A stretch of DNA of 64,000 nucleotides from contig JAWLBL010000010.1 in assembly GCA_041687695.1 (NCBI GenBank), forward strand, positions 66,676 to 130,675. Direction: 5' to 3'. This stretch comes from Myxococcota bacterium. Lineage in GTDB: Bacteria; Myxococcota_A; UBA9042; PHBI01; JAWLBL01. A program made the translations under genes and the position numbers. Positions 18,233-29,174 of this stretch are shown here, one piece after another (positions within the stretch are counted from its first letter, which is position 1; each line of letters starts with the position of its first letter). A model generated the notes under the pieces. It worked only from the letters and a program-made list of their open reading frames with translations. It was not told the origin of the DNA and ran no database searches.

Positions 18233-19414
18233 TCAGCGCGGCGGGATGAAGCTGGCGTGGTAGTCCGCGTCCTCGACCGAGCGGGCGAAGGGCGTGGGGA
18301 CGAGCGGCTCGAACACGTCGAGCATCACGGCCAGCTCGCTGGTCTCGCGGTGGCCGATGCTGGCCTCGTAGGCGCCAGGGTGAGGGCCGTGCAGCGTGCC
18401 CATCGGGTGGTGCGAGACCGACCCCGGGCCGACGCCGCGGCGCGAGGTGAAGTTGCCGTCGCAGTAGAACAGGAACTCGTCGCAGTGCACCGACGCGTGC
18501 GGGTAGGGGCAGGGGATGGCGTCGGGGTGGTAGTCGACGAGGCGCGGCACGAAGCTGCAGACCAGGCCGCCGCGCATGGCGAAGGTGCCGTGGATGGTCG
18601 GCGGCAGGTGGACGTTGCTGGTCTTGGGCTGGAAGGCCAGGATGGGCATGGCCCACGGCCACACCGTGCCGTCCCAGCCGACGGCGTCCAGCGGCGGGTG
18701 GTCGTAGGTGTAGGCGGTGAACTGGTGGCCGCGCTTGGCGACCACGACGCGCAGGCCCTCGTCCACCGGGCCCGAGAACTCGGGGCGGCGGAAGTCGCGG
18801 TGGGTGAAGGGCGCGTCCATGCGCAGCTGGCCGACCTCGTTGCGGAACTGCCGCGGGACGTGCAGGTCGCCCAGGCACTCGAAGACCAGCCAGTACTGCT
18901 CGACGCCGGGGTCGGGGATGAAGCGGTGGCGGACGCCGCGCGGGACGAACACGTAGTCGCGCGCCTCGAAGCGCACGTCGCCCATCGCGGTGCGCAGGAC
19001 GCCGCCGCCGGCGTGGATGAAGTAGAGGTCGTCGCCGTCGCCGTTTTCCAGGTAGACCGGGTCGGCGGCGGTGGGGCGCGCGACGCTGATGACGACGTCG
19101 CGGTTGTGGAGCAGCGGCGTGCGCGCGTCGATGGGCGCGACGTCGGGGGCGGGCGCCAGGTCCTGCGTGCGATAGTGGCGGCGCAGCAGCGGCGGGTCGC
19201 CGGCGCCCGGGGCGGCGGTCGGCGCGGGCCAGCCGTGGCGTGACGGCTCCCAGGCGACCTGCACGTGGGGCGCGGCCTCGTGGTACAGGATGGTGAAGGG
19301 ACCGTCGAAGCCCTGGCGGGTCAGGCACTGCTCGAAGCGTAGCGCCCCGTCCGGCCCGCGCAGGGTGGTGTGCGGCTTGGGCGGCAGGACGCCGGCGCTC
19401 ATCCGGTCGATCAT
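18233..19414 (-). CDS. hmgA: Homogentisate 1,2-dioxygenase
   Basis: 'NGDGDDLYF', 'HLPPTIHGTF', 'PYPH..VHCDE', 'HGPHPG'; adjacent to hppD. Confidence 0.88.
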   Translation of the reverse strand: MIDRMSAGVLPPKPHTTLRGPDGALRFEQCLTRQGFDGPFTILYHEAAPHVQVAWEPSRHGWPAPTAAPGAGDPPLLRRHYRTQDLAPAPDVAPIDARTPLLHNRDVVISVARPTAADPVYLENGDGDDLYFIHAGGGVLRTAMGDVRFEARDYVFVPRGVRHRFIPDPGVEQYWLVFECLGDLHVPRQFRNEVGQLRMDAPFTHRDFRRPEFSGPVDEGLRVVVAKRGHQFTAYTYDHPPLDAVGWDGTVWPWAMPILAFQPKTSNVHLPPTIHGTFAMRGGLVCSFVPRLVDYHPDAIPCPYPHASVHCDEFLFYCDGNFTSRRGVGPGSVSHHPMGTLHGPHPGAYEASIGHRETSELAVMLDVFEPLVPTPFARSVEDADYHASFIPPR

Positions 19415-19445
19415 GGTGGGGGCTCCGACGGTCGGGGGAGGGCGG

Positions 19446-20600
<1,155 letters not shown>

Positions 20601-20827
20601 GGCGGGTCCTCCCGGGGGGTCGAGGTCACGAGGTGCCGGGCTTATGCCACGCCGCCCGAGGTCGGGGCAACCGTTCGGGGCGGCCGCCACCGGCGCCGAT
20701 CGCCGGCCGCGCGGGCGTCCGAGTTCGCTTGCGGCGTGGTCCCGGACCCGTATGCTGGACGAATCTCCGAAGGTCCGCCTCCCGCGGCGGGCCATGCGCT
20801 TCAATGACCTTTCACATGGATGGGCGC

Positions 20828-21718
20828 ATGTGTGACCCCCGTCACGCCGCGATCCTGCTGGCCGCCGCCCTGCTGACCACGGCCACACCACGGGCCCTCG
20901 CCTCGGGACCCGCGCCGGTCGCGGCCACCGAGGACGTCCCGCCGGCCGATCGATTCGAGGCCCGTGAACGCCCGAGCGCCAGCCGCTGGTACGGATGGCA
21001 GACCGCCGTGGTGGACGTCGGCTCGGTCGCGACGATGCCCATCGTCATCGGCGTCGGCGGGTACCTCTTCGGCGCGCCCATCGTGCATGCCCACAACGAC
21101 AACCCCGAGGCCGCCGGCACCAGCCTCGCGCTGCGCCTCGTCTTGCCCGTGCTCGGCGGCGTCGTCGGCGGCCACCTGGCCGACGACCACGAGGCGGCCG
21201 GTCGCGTCGGCGGCGTCGTCAGCGGCGCGCTCGCGGCCATGGTCATCGACATGCTGCTGCTGAGCTGGCACGACCCGGCCGCGGCCCCGGGGCTGCGCGC
21301 ACGAGGCGACGACCTCGAGCCGTCCAGGTCCTCGCCAGGCCTCGTGTCCGACGCCTCACTCCGGATCGGCGGGTTCGCGCTGGCCAGCGAGTCGGCCGTC
21401 CTCGTCGGTCCTCGCCTGGCCGTCCACTTCGTCCCAGAGGTCGCCCTCGAGGCCGCCGTGGGCTTTGAGGTCGACGCTCCGCGCGACCCGGCCTTCGGGG
21501 TCGACCTGCGCTGGCGCCCGTACGCCACCAGCGAGCCGGTGACCCCGACCCTGGGGATGGGTTACCTGCGGCTGGACGACCCGCTCCGGCCGGATCGCCT
21601 CGTCGGCTCGGTGGGAGTCGACTGGCAGATCGCTCGGCCGTTGCACCTGACTGCCACGCTGTCCCTCGACGGCCACGACCTCTGGCTCGGCCTCGGCGCC
21701 AGCTGGGGCCCGAAGTGA
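20828..21718 (+). CDS. Exported hypothetical protein with possible C-terminal beta-barrel
   Basis: Signal peptide, 'RWYGWQT...GAPIVH' glycine-rich hydrophobic segment, alternating strands ending 'LGLGASW'. Confidence 0.55.
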   Translation: MCDPRHAAILLAAALLTTATPRALASGPAPVAATEDVPPADRFEARERPSASRWYGWQTAVVDVGSVATMPIVIGVGGYLFGAPIVHAHNDNPEAAGTSLALRLVLPVLGGVVGGHLADDHEAAGRVGGVVSGALAAMVIDMLLLSWHDPAAAPGLRARGDDLEPSRSSPGLVSDASLRIGGFALASESAVLVGPRLAVHFVPEVALEAAVGFEVDAPRDPAFGVDLRWRPYATSEPVTPTLGMGYLRLDDPLRPDRLVGSVGVDWQIARPLHLTATLSLDGHDLWLGLGASWGPK

Positions 21719-21781
21719 GGGCTGCGCTCGTCGAGGACGGCGCCGGGCTGTCGGCCAGCGTCGGCTACGCCTTCTGAGCGG

Positions 21782-23281
21782 TCACTCGGTCTCGTTGTCG
21801 ACGTAGAACGCCGACTGACCGTCGAGCCAGCAGTCTCCGTCAGCCGCGCCCGGGGAAGCGAAGACCGTTCGGCGGAAGGTCGACCAGACGCCGTCGCAGT
21901 CGAGGTCGGCCTGCGCCTCCAGGACCATCTCGGCGTCGGCGCCCTGGCCCTTGGACTCGATGCGGTAGCGGAAGTAGTGGGGCCCGGTCATCTGGAAGGA
22001 CAGGGCGGCCCAGGTCGGGTCGGACCAGGCCGACGCGTCGGCCGGGTACATCTGGTTGGGGTGGTCGCAGGGCGAACCCTTGGGGGTCCACTCGGTCGAG
22101 GGTGGGAACTGGCACGGCAGCTTGCGGCCGTCGGCGGCGACCTTGGGCGTCGTGTAGTAGACCGCCGCGCCCTTGTAGAGCTTGTCGATGTGATCGGTGG
22201 CCTCGGTCGTCCTGGCGCGGCGCGTGTACTTCAGGAACGCGGGCACCGCGACGACGGCCCAGTAGCCCAGGAGCGTGGAGCCGGACGACAGGCCCGTGTC
22301 GGCCCGGACGAGCAGCGTCGAGCCGGCGCGGGTGGTCTTGACGGTCTCGACGAGGCGCAGGATGTGGTGGCCGCCGAGGAGGCCGGTCGCCGCGGCGGTC
22401 AGGTCGCCGGCGGTCCGCCCCTGCGCGAGCATCGCGTCGGCCTGATCACGGGTCTGGACCAGCCCCTTGCGCACCAGCTCCTCGAGGGGGGCGAGGGCCT
22501 CGGGCGGGCCGATGGCGGCCATGGCCACGATGCCGTTGGAGCCGCTGCCGGCGGCGAAGGCCTCGGCGGCCGCGCCACCAGCCCCTGTCGCGGAGAGCAG
22601 CGACGGCGCCGTCGTGCTCATGACCAGCGCGCCGGCGGGCAGCCCCAGCGCCTTGCGTGCCTTGGCATGGCTCGCGGCGGCCGGCGACCCGGCCAGCCTG
22701 GGCAGCTCTCCGCGCTGCACGCGCGCGAGGCGGCCGAGCCCGGCCTCGTTCCCGATGACGGCGTGACCACCCACGAAGGTCAGCAGGAGCTGCGGCCCGA
22801 CGGCCCAGGCCTCGAGCCCGCCCACCTGACGCGACGTGCCTTGCGGCCGCTCCTTGGAGAAGCGGCCCGACAGCACGACGGCGGCGGCGCCCTCGTCGAG
22901 CGACACGAACGCGGCGAGGTCCACCAGGCCGCCGAGGTCCACGCCGTACAGGCGCTTGGTCATGGCGCCGAAGTCGGCCCGCAGCGCCGGATCGTCCTTG
23001 CGCCCGGGCAGCAGCCCGAACATGCGGACCGCGATCTCCTGGAACAGCGGCCCCCACGCGGCCGTGAGCACGACGTCCGCGTCGGCGGGGAGCAGCGCGC
23101 TGGCCGCCGCCAACGGGTCCGCGGCCCCTCGGGCGTCTCGAGGTGCGTCGTCGGTGGGCGCCTCGGCGAGCGCGAGCGGCGCCTCGACGCGCTGCGGCTG
23201 GGCTTGCTGGGCCGTCTTCTGGCACGCGGGCATCGACAGGAGCCCCGCCAACGCGGAGGCGGTCAGGACGTGAAGGCGCAT
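21782..23281 (-). CDS. Lipoprotein with C-terminal type IV pilin-like domain
   Basis: Lipobox-like 'LSMPAC'; internal 'AVVAVPAFLKYTRRARTTEA' and 'W.ALSF....PHYFRY...ADLDCDG..STF'. Confidence 0.75.
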   Translation of the reverse strand: MRLHVLTASALAGLLSMPACQKTAQQAQPQRVEAPLALAEAPTDDAPRDARGAADPLAAASALLPADADVVLTAAWGPLFQEIAVRMFGLLPGRKDDPALRADFGAMTKRLYGVDLGGLVDLAAFVSLDEGAAAVVLSGRFSKERPQGTSRQVGGLEAWAVGPQLLLTFVGGHAVIGNEAGLGRLARVQRGELPRLAGSPAAASHAKARKALGLPAGALVMSTTAPSLLSATGAGGAAAEAFAAGSGSNGIVAMAAIGPPEALAPLEELVRKGLVQTRDQADAMLAQGRTAGDLTAAATGLLGGHHILRLVETVKTTRAGSTLLVRADTGLSSGSTLLGYWAVVAVPAFLKYTRRARTTEATDHIDKLYKGAAVYYTTPKVAADGRKLPCQFPPSTEWTPKGSPCDHPNQMYPADASAWSDPTWAALSFQMTGPHYFRYRIESKGQGADAEMVLEAQADLDCDGVWSTFRRTVFASPGAADGDCWLDGQSAFYVDNETE

Positions 23282-23428
23282 CGAAGTGTCTCCGGGCTCG
23301 CGCGGCGCGCATCGAGGGTACAAGCCTCGGTGCTACCGCATCCTGGCCGGGTCGGCAACCCCGCCTCGAGCGTCGACGACGGCGTTCGCCCGGCGGGAGC
23401 GAGGTCGACCCGCTGGGCGACCCGTCAA

Positions 23429-25639
23429 CTAGAAGTACTGGAGCGTCGGCGAGCTCTGGCCGTAGATGTCGCTCCCCCAGCAGACCGCCAGGCCGTCCGT
23501 GCGGACCCCGCAGACGTGGTAGCCCCCGGCGCTGACGCTCTCGAAGGTGCCCTCGGGCGGCGTCGCCTGCCCGTAGCCGTCGTCGCCCCAGCAGGCCACC
23601 GTCCCGTCGGTGCGCACGCCGCAGGAGACGCTGAACCCCGCGCTGACGCTCTGGAAGGTGTCCGGGGGCGGCGTCGCCTGCCCGTAGCTGTCGTCGCCCC
23701 AGCAGGCCGCGGTGCCGTCCGTGCGGACCCCGCAGGAGTGGTGCTCCCCGGCGCTGACGCTCTGGAAGGTGCCCGTGGGGGGGGAGGCCTGGCCGTTGCC
23801 GTCGAACCCCCAGCAGACGACGGCGTCGTCCGCGCGGATGCCGCAGGTGTGGCTGAGCCCCGCGCTGACGCTCTGGAAGGTGCCCGCGGGGGGCGAGGCC
23901 TGGCCCTGTAGGCTGGCCCCCCAGCAGGCCAGGGTGCCGTCCGTGCGCAGGCCGCAGGTGTGGTAGGCCCCGGCGCTGACCTCCTGGAAGGTGCCTGGGG
24001 GCGGCGAGGCCTGGCCGTGGTCGCCATACCCCGCGCAGGCCACCGTGCCATCCGTGCGGATCCAGCAGGTGTGGCCGGCCGTTTCGCCGTTACTCGCGCC
24101 GACGCCCATGACGGGGTAGAGCGGCGTCGTCGACTCCCCGAGGTAGTCGTCTCCCCAGCAGGCTCCCGTGCCGTACACGTCTATCGCGCAGGTGTGCTCG
24201 TACCCTGCGCTGAGGCTCGCGAGGGGGCCGAGGACCTTGGCTCGGCCGTGGAGGTTGTTGCCCCAGCAGATGATGCCTCCGTTCGACTTCGCTCCGCAGG
24301 TGTGCACCCATGACCCGCTGGCGCTCAGGAAGGTGCCTGAAGGCGACGCCGACTGGCCGCTCTTGTTCCATCCCCAACAGGCGAGCGTGCCGTCCGTCCG
24401 GACGCCGCAGTTGTGCCGCTCCCCCGCGAAGACGCTCGAGAAGGTGCCCTGTGGCGGCGTCGATTGGCCGTCCGAGTTGTCCCCCCAGCAGGCGAGCGTG
24501 CCGTCCGTCCGGACGCCGCAGGTGTGGAACTCCCCCGCGCTGACGTCCTCGAAGGTGCCCTCGGGCGGCGTCGACTGGCCGTAGTTGTTTCTCCCCCAGC
24601 AGACGACCGTGCCGTCCGTTCGCACGCCGCAGCTGTGGTGGCCCCCGCACGCGACGTCCTCAAAGGTGCCTGACGGTGCCGAAGACTGGCCATAGATGTT
24701 CGTCCCGAAGCAGACCACCGTGTCGTCCGAGCGGAGGCCGCAGACGTAGCCCCACCCCACGCTGACGCGCTTGAAGGTGCCGGCGGGCGGCGTCCCGCCT
24801 GCATCTCCCCAGCACGCCATCGTGCCGTCCGTGCGAAGCCCGCAGATTCCATAGTACCCCGCGCTGATGCTCCGGAAGCTGCCCGGGGGCGGCCCGCCGA
24901 TGTTTCCCCAACAGGTCACGGCCCCGCCCGTGCCGATGACGCAGGTGAATTGGGTAGCAACGGCCAGGATGTCACCGCCCCCGCCGGAGCACCCCGAGTT
25001 GTCGACCGTGCAGTCGGCGTTGCAGACCACCGAGCCCTGCAAGAACCCGAAGTCGTCGCATTGGCCGCTGTCCGACGCGTACTCCGAGCCGTCACACTGC
25101 TCGGTGGGTTGGTTCAGGACGCCGTCGCCGCAGGTGGGAAGGTCCTCCACGTCCGACTCGGCGGCGTCCGACTCGGCGGCGTCCGACTCGACCGTCTCCG
25201 GTTCGGCGTCCGTGTCGGTGAGGTCCGCGTCGGCCAGGTCAGCGTCGGCGATGTCCGCGTCGGCGGTGTCCGCCTCGACGGTGTCCGTGTCGGCGATGTC
25301 CGCGTCGGCGATGTCCGCGTCGGCGGTGTCCGCCTCGACGGTGTCCGTGTCGATCGTGTCCGTCTCGACAGTGTCCGAGTCGCCCGTGTCCGGGTCGACC
25401 GTTTCGGGTTCGACGGTGTCCCATTCGCCGGCGTCCGACTCGCCGGTGTCCGACCCGCCCGTGCCGCTGTCCGGGTCACCATCGGCCTTGGCATCGGTGT
25501 GAACGCCCGTGTCGCCGAGGTCGGAGTCGACCGGGGCGCAGCTCCCGTCCTCGGCGCGCCGAGAGCCCGTCTCGCACGGATCCGTCGAGCAGCCGGTCGC
25601 CGCCAGCGTGACCACGATCAGCATGAACAGCAACCGCAT
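23429..25639 (-). CDS. Lipoprotein with acidic low-complexity stalk, Cys-rich repeat and RCC1-like repeats
   Basis: Lipobox 'LAATGC'; Asp/Thr/Ala stalk; 'CGDGVLNQPTEQCD'; about 14 repeats of 'VSAG..HTCGVRTDGT.ACWG....GQ.TPP.GTF'. Confidence 0.9.
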   Translation of the reverse strand: MRLLFMLIVVTLAATGCSTDPCETGSRRAEDGSCAPVDSDLGDTGVHTDAKADGDPDSGTGGSDTGESDAGEWDTVEPETVDPDTGDSDTVETDTIDTDTVEADTADADIADADIADTDTVEADTADADIADADLADADLTDTDAEPETVESDAAESDAAESDVEDLPTCGDGVLNQPTEQCDGSEYASDSGQCDDFGFLQGSVVCNADCTVDNSGCSGGGGDILAVATQFTCVIGTGGAVTCWGNIGGPPPGSFRSISAGYYGICGLRTDGTMACWGDAGGTPPAGTFKRVSVGWGYVCGLRSDDTVVCFGTNIYGQSSAPSGTFEDVACGGHHSCGVRTDGTVVCWGRNNYGQSTPPEGTFEDVSAGEFHTCGVRTDGTLACWGDNSDGQSTPPQGTFSSVFAGERHNCGVRTDGTLACWGWNKSGQSASPSGTFLSASGSWVHTCGAKSNGGIICWGNNLHGRAKVLGPLASLSAGYEHTCAIDVYGTGACWGDDYLGESTTPLYPVMGVGASNGETAGHTCWIRTDGTVACAGYGDHGQASPPPGTFQEVSAGAYHTCGLRTDGTLACWGASLQGQASPPAGTFQSVSAGLSHTCGIRADDAVVCWGFDGNGQASPPTGTFQSVSAGEHHSCGVRTDGTAACWGDDSYGQATPPPDTFQSVSAGFSVSCGVRTDGTVACWGDDGYGQATPPEGTFESVSAGGYHVCGVRTDGLAVCWGSDIYGQSSPTLQYF
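25242..25352. repeat. Exact 51-bp direct repeat with 60-bp period in the acidic stalk
   Basis: 25242-25292 is identical to 25302-25352. Confidence 0.85.
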
Positions 25640-25825
25640 GGGCGCCTCGCTGCGGGCTCGCGGCCCGCGAGAGCCAACAACTACGAGAGGGGACCGAGGA
25701 CGGAGTGCCGCGAGGTTACCACGAGGACGCGACTTGCACCTGCGGTTTCTCGGCGGCGGCGCCGTCCCTGCGGCGGCCTTGCTGCGAGGGGGCGCTCCGC
25801 ATCCTGCAATGCGTCACGCTGGTCA

Positions 25826-25916
25826 CGGTCCCCGGCCTCGGTGCCCGGCCCCGGTGCCCGGCCTCGGTGCCCGGCCCCGGTCCTCGGCCCCGGTGCCCGG
25901 CCACGGTGCCCGGCCA
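25826..25916. repeat. 13-bp tandem minisatellite, 7 units, consensus CGGTGCCCGGCC(T/C/A)
   Basis: Read directly in the divergent intergenic region between the RCC1 gene and serC. Confidence 0.9.
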
Positions 25917-26036
25917 CGCTCCCGGTCCCCCCCAGCCTTCGGCCCGACCCGCTGCGGCTTCGACGCCCGGGGCTCCGCAGCCGACCCAGACTGTGGTATG
26001 GCGCGCGGCGATTCCCCAGAACCCTCGGAGCCTGCC

Positions 26037-27161
26037 ATGTCCGCGTCCCCCGCCGTCCGCAACGCCGCCGCCGACCGCCCCGTCAACTTCAGCGCCGGGC
26101 CGGCCATCCTGCCGCTCGAGGTGCTCGAGGAGGCCGCCCGCGGCGTCATCGCGCTCGACGGCATCGGCCTGAGCGTCATGGAGATCAGCCACCGCTCGGC
26201 CGCCTTCGAGACGATCTACGAGCGCGCCCACGAGGGCCTCAAGCGCCTCCTGCGCGTGCCCGACACCCACGAGGTCCTCTTCCTGCAGGGCGGGGCGCGC
26301 GGTCAGTTCGCGCAGGTGCCGCTCAACTTCCTGAAGCAGGGGCAGACCGCCCGCTTCGTGGTCTCGGGCTACTGGGCCCAGGGCGCCCTGGAAGAGGCCG
26401 CCACCCTCGGCCAGGCCGAGGCGCTGGTCTCCAGCGAGGATCGGCAGTTCGCCGAGCTGCCCAGCCTCGATGGCGTCGACATCCCCAAGGGCACGGCCTA
26501 CGTCCACACCACCTCGAACAACACGCTGTACGGCACCCAGTGGCCCCAGATGCCGTCGTTCGGCCCGGACGTCCGCCACGTCTGCGACATGAGCTCGGAC
26601 ATCCTCTCGCGCCCCATCGACGTCAGCGACTACGCGCTCATCTACGCCGGCGCCCAGAAGAACGCCGGCCCCTCGGGCATCACCATCGTCATCGTCGACA
26701 AGCAGTGGATGGCCGAGGGGCGCCAGGACATCCCGAAGATCTGGCGCTACGACGTCATGGCCAAGAACCAGTCGATGTACAACACGCCGCCGACCTTCGC
26801 GATCTACTGCGTCGATCTGGTCGCCCAGTGGCTCGAGGGCCTCGGTGGGCTCGACGCCATCGCCGAGCGCAACGAGACCAAGGCGCGCCTGCTGTACGAC
26901 GCCATCGACGGCTCGGGCGGCTTCTACCGCGGCACGGTCACCCGCCCCGAGCACCGCTCGCGCATGACGGTGACCTACCGCCTGCCCTCCGAGCAGCTCG
27001 ACAAGCAGTTCGTCGCCGAGAGCGCCGGCCAGGGCCTGGTCGGGCTCAAGGGCCACCGGGCCGTCGGCGGCATCCGCGCGTCCATCTACAACGCGATGGA
27101 CGTGGCGGGCGTCGAGCGCCTGGTGGACTTCATGCAGGACTTCGCCCGCCGCCACGGCTGA
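26037..27161 (+). CDS. serC: Phosphoserine aminotransferase
   Basis: 'NFSAGPAILP', 'SVMEISHRS', 'DMSS', PLP lysine in 'GAQKNAGP', 'YNTPP', 'GHRAVGGIRASIYNA'. Confidence 0.97.
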   Translation: MSASPAVRNAAADRPVNFSAGPAILPLEVLEEAARGVIALDGIGLSVMEISHRSAAFETIYERAHEGLKRLLRVPDTHEVLFLQGGARGQFAQVPLNFLKQGQTARFVVSGYWAQGALEEAATLGQAEALVSSEDRQFAELPSLDGVDIPKGTAYVHTTSNNTLYGTQWPQMPSFGPDVRHVCDMSSDILSRPIDVSDYALIYAGAQKNAGPSGITIVIVDKQWMAEGRQDIPKIWRYDVMAKNQSMYNTPPTFAIYCVDLVAQWLEGLGGLDAIAERNETKARLLYDAIDGSGGFYRGTVTRPEHRSRMTVTYRLPSEQLDKQFVAESAGQGLVGLKGHRAVGGIRASIYNAMDVAGVERLVDFMQDFARRHG

Positions 27162-27177
27162 GGCGAGCGGCGAAGGC

Positions 27178-29052
27178 TCAGGACCTCAGGCGCGCCAGGA
27201 CGTTGTCCAGCTCCTCGCGCGCGATGAGGTCGAACACCTCGAGCCGGTCGCCGTGGTCGCGGATGAGCGCGCGGTGGTGCAGCCCCGCACGCAGCGTCCA
27301 CACCCCGTCGCAGCCCTCCATGCGCTTGGCCTCGCGCACCCACTTGCCGCCGGCCAGCTGCTCGACCTGCACCCGGACGCGCGCGATGGTGCTGTCGGCC
27401 AGCCGCTGCGCGGCGCTCTCGAAGTCGTGCGAGTAGCTGATGGGGCGGGGCGCCGCGGCCGCCTGCAGGGCCTCGGCCGTCTCGTTCGTCGAGCTCTCGA
27501 TGACCGTCGCCACGTCGTCGAGCCCCTGAGAGCGGCGCAGCAGGCGCGTCCGCTCGCGCTCGCGCAGCTCGTCGAGCCGCCGCTCGGCCTCGCGCCGCTG
27601 GTCGTGCTGCTGCTTGAGCTCGTCCTTGAGGCGCTTCATCTCGATGCGCAGCGCCTCGGTCGACCCGTCCGTGCGCCGCGACTCGCTCCAGGCCGTCTCG
27701 GCCCGCTTGCGCAGCGCGTGCTCGGCCTCGAGCGCGTCGCGCAGGCGCTTGTTCTCGCGCTCGAGCCCCGCCACCTGCTGCATGAGCCGCGCCAGCTCGG
27801 CCGCGCGCGGGTCGGCCGCCGCCGCGCTGGGTTGCCGCGCGATGGCCGTCCGGCCGAACGCCGGCGACAGCAGGGCGTCCAGGCGGTGCACGAGGTCCCC
27901 CCGGGCGTCGTCGGCCGCGTCGCCGTGCAGCGCCAGCCGGACCAGCAGGAACGCGAGCCGCGTCTCGCCGGCCTGCGCCAGCGCCGCCGCCGCCCAGGGC
28001 AGGTCGGCCTGCGTGGACGCGCCCTCGACGGCGGCCTCGGCGAAGCGCAGCGCCGCGGCCCGGTCGTCCGACAGGCGCACCACGTCCGCCGCGCTGTGGC
28101 GGCCGGCGACCAGGAGCAGCTCGCTCATCGCCTCGGGCAGCTGCCGGTACAGGTCGGCGGGCGCCGCCTTGAGCCACGACGCGACCGGCACGTGCCGGCG
28201 CAGCACGCGCTCGACGTCGCGCGCCTCGAGCGCGCCGCGGCGCCAGCCCAGGGTCAGCACCTCGGCCAGCGCGTCCGGATCGCCGCCGGCCACGGCCGCT
28301 CGCAGCTCCAGCTCGTCGCTCGGCGCCTCGGGCAGCGGCCAGTACAGGGTCTCGCCCGGCCGCGGCCCGCCGTCCGCCAGGCGCGCCTGGCACAGCTCGG
28401 CCACCCGGGGCTCGTGCTCTCGGAACAGGAACAGCTCGGCCGGCGTGATGCCCGGACAGCCCGGCGCGTCCGCGCGGGGCGTCGGCACCGGCGGCTCGCC
28501 CGACCCCAGGCAGCACCGCTTGTACTTCTGACCGCTGCCGCAGGGGCACGCGTCGTTGCGGCCGACGCGGCGCGCCTCGCGTGGCTCGGGCAGCGCCGTG
28601 GGCTGCGGGGGATGTAGCAGCGTCGCCAGCGGCGCGCGCCAGGCGACGTCGGCGTCCGGGTGGTCGGCGTCCTGGGCGTAGGCGCTGGCCAGAGCGGCCG
28701 CTTCGGGAGCCAGGGCCTCGGGATCCGCCAGGGCCTCGAGGAGCGCGTCGCGTTCGGACCCGCTGGCCCGGCTGATCGCGGCGCGCATCACCCACGGCGC
28801 GAGCGCGGGCAGGCGCGCCGCCAGGGTCAGGGCCGCGGGTGGGAGGACCCCGCCGGCGCTGGCGTCGAGCCTGAGGCACGTCTCGGCGTCCTCGGTGTCC
28901 CCCGCGTCGAGCGCGGCCTCGAGCCGCGCGGCCAGCGCGCCGCGCAGATCGATGTCGCCGAAACGCCGCCGCAGGAACGGGCCGAGCCCGAGCGTGACCC
29001 CCCCACGGGCGCGCAGCTCCGTGTCGAGGGTCTGAGGCAGAGAGGAGGGCAT
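27178..29052 (-). CDS. SEC-C motif and coiled-coil protein with C-terminal RelE/ParE-like domain
   Basis: 'VGRNDACPCGSGQKYKRCC'; long coiled coil; C-terminus 'ISYSHDF...AKRMEGCDGVWTLRAGLHHRALI...LEVFDLIARE'. Confidence 0.7.
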   Translation of the reverse strand: MPSSLPQTLDTELRARGGVTLGLGPFLRRRFGDIDLRGALAARLEAALDAGDTEDAETCLRLDASAGGVLPPAALTLAARLPALAPWVMRAAISRASGSERDALLEALADPEALAPEAAALASAYAQDADHPDADVAWRAPLATLLHPPQPTALPEPREARRVGRNDACPCGSGQKYKRCCLGSGEPPVPTPRADAPGCPGITPAELFLFREHEPRVAELCQARLADGGPRPGETLYWPLPEAPSDELELRAAVAGGDPDALAEVLTLGWRRGALEARDVERVLRRHVPVASWLKAAPADLYRQLPEAMSELLLVAGRHSAADVVRLSDDRAAALRFAEAAVEGASTQADLPWAAAALAQAGETRLAFLLVRLALHGDAADDARGDLVHRLDALLSPAFGRTAIARQPSAAAADPRAAELARLMQQVAGLERENKRLRDALEAEHALRKRAETAWSESRRTDGSTEALRIEMKRLKDELKQQHDQRREAERRLDELRERERTRLLRRSQGLDDVATVIESSTNETAEALQAAAAPRPISYSHDFESAAQRLADSTIARVRVQVEQLAGGKWVREAKRMEGCDGVWTLRAGLHHRALIRDHGDRLEVFDLIAREELDNVLARLRS

Positions 29053-29174
29053 CGACCCGACTCTACACGAGGCCCCTCCAACCTCCTAAAAGGACGCCGG
29101 GTTCCGGCCGCGGCGGGCCGCCCAGCCACGCGCCGGGCTGGACTTTGTGGGGCCGGTCGGTTCAAACCTGCGGC

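Noticed and set aside
23460..24900. Regularly spaced repeats resembling a CRISPR array
   Set aside because: They are in-frame 37-codon protein repeats of the RCC1-like gene; there are no unique spacers and no cas genes
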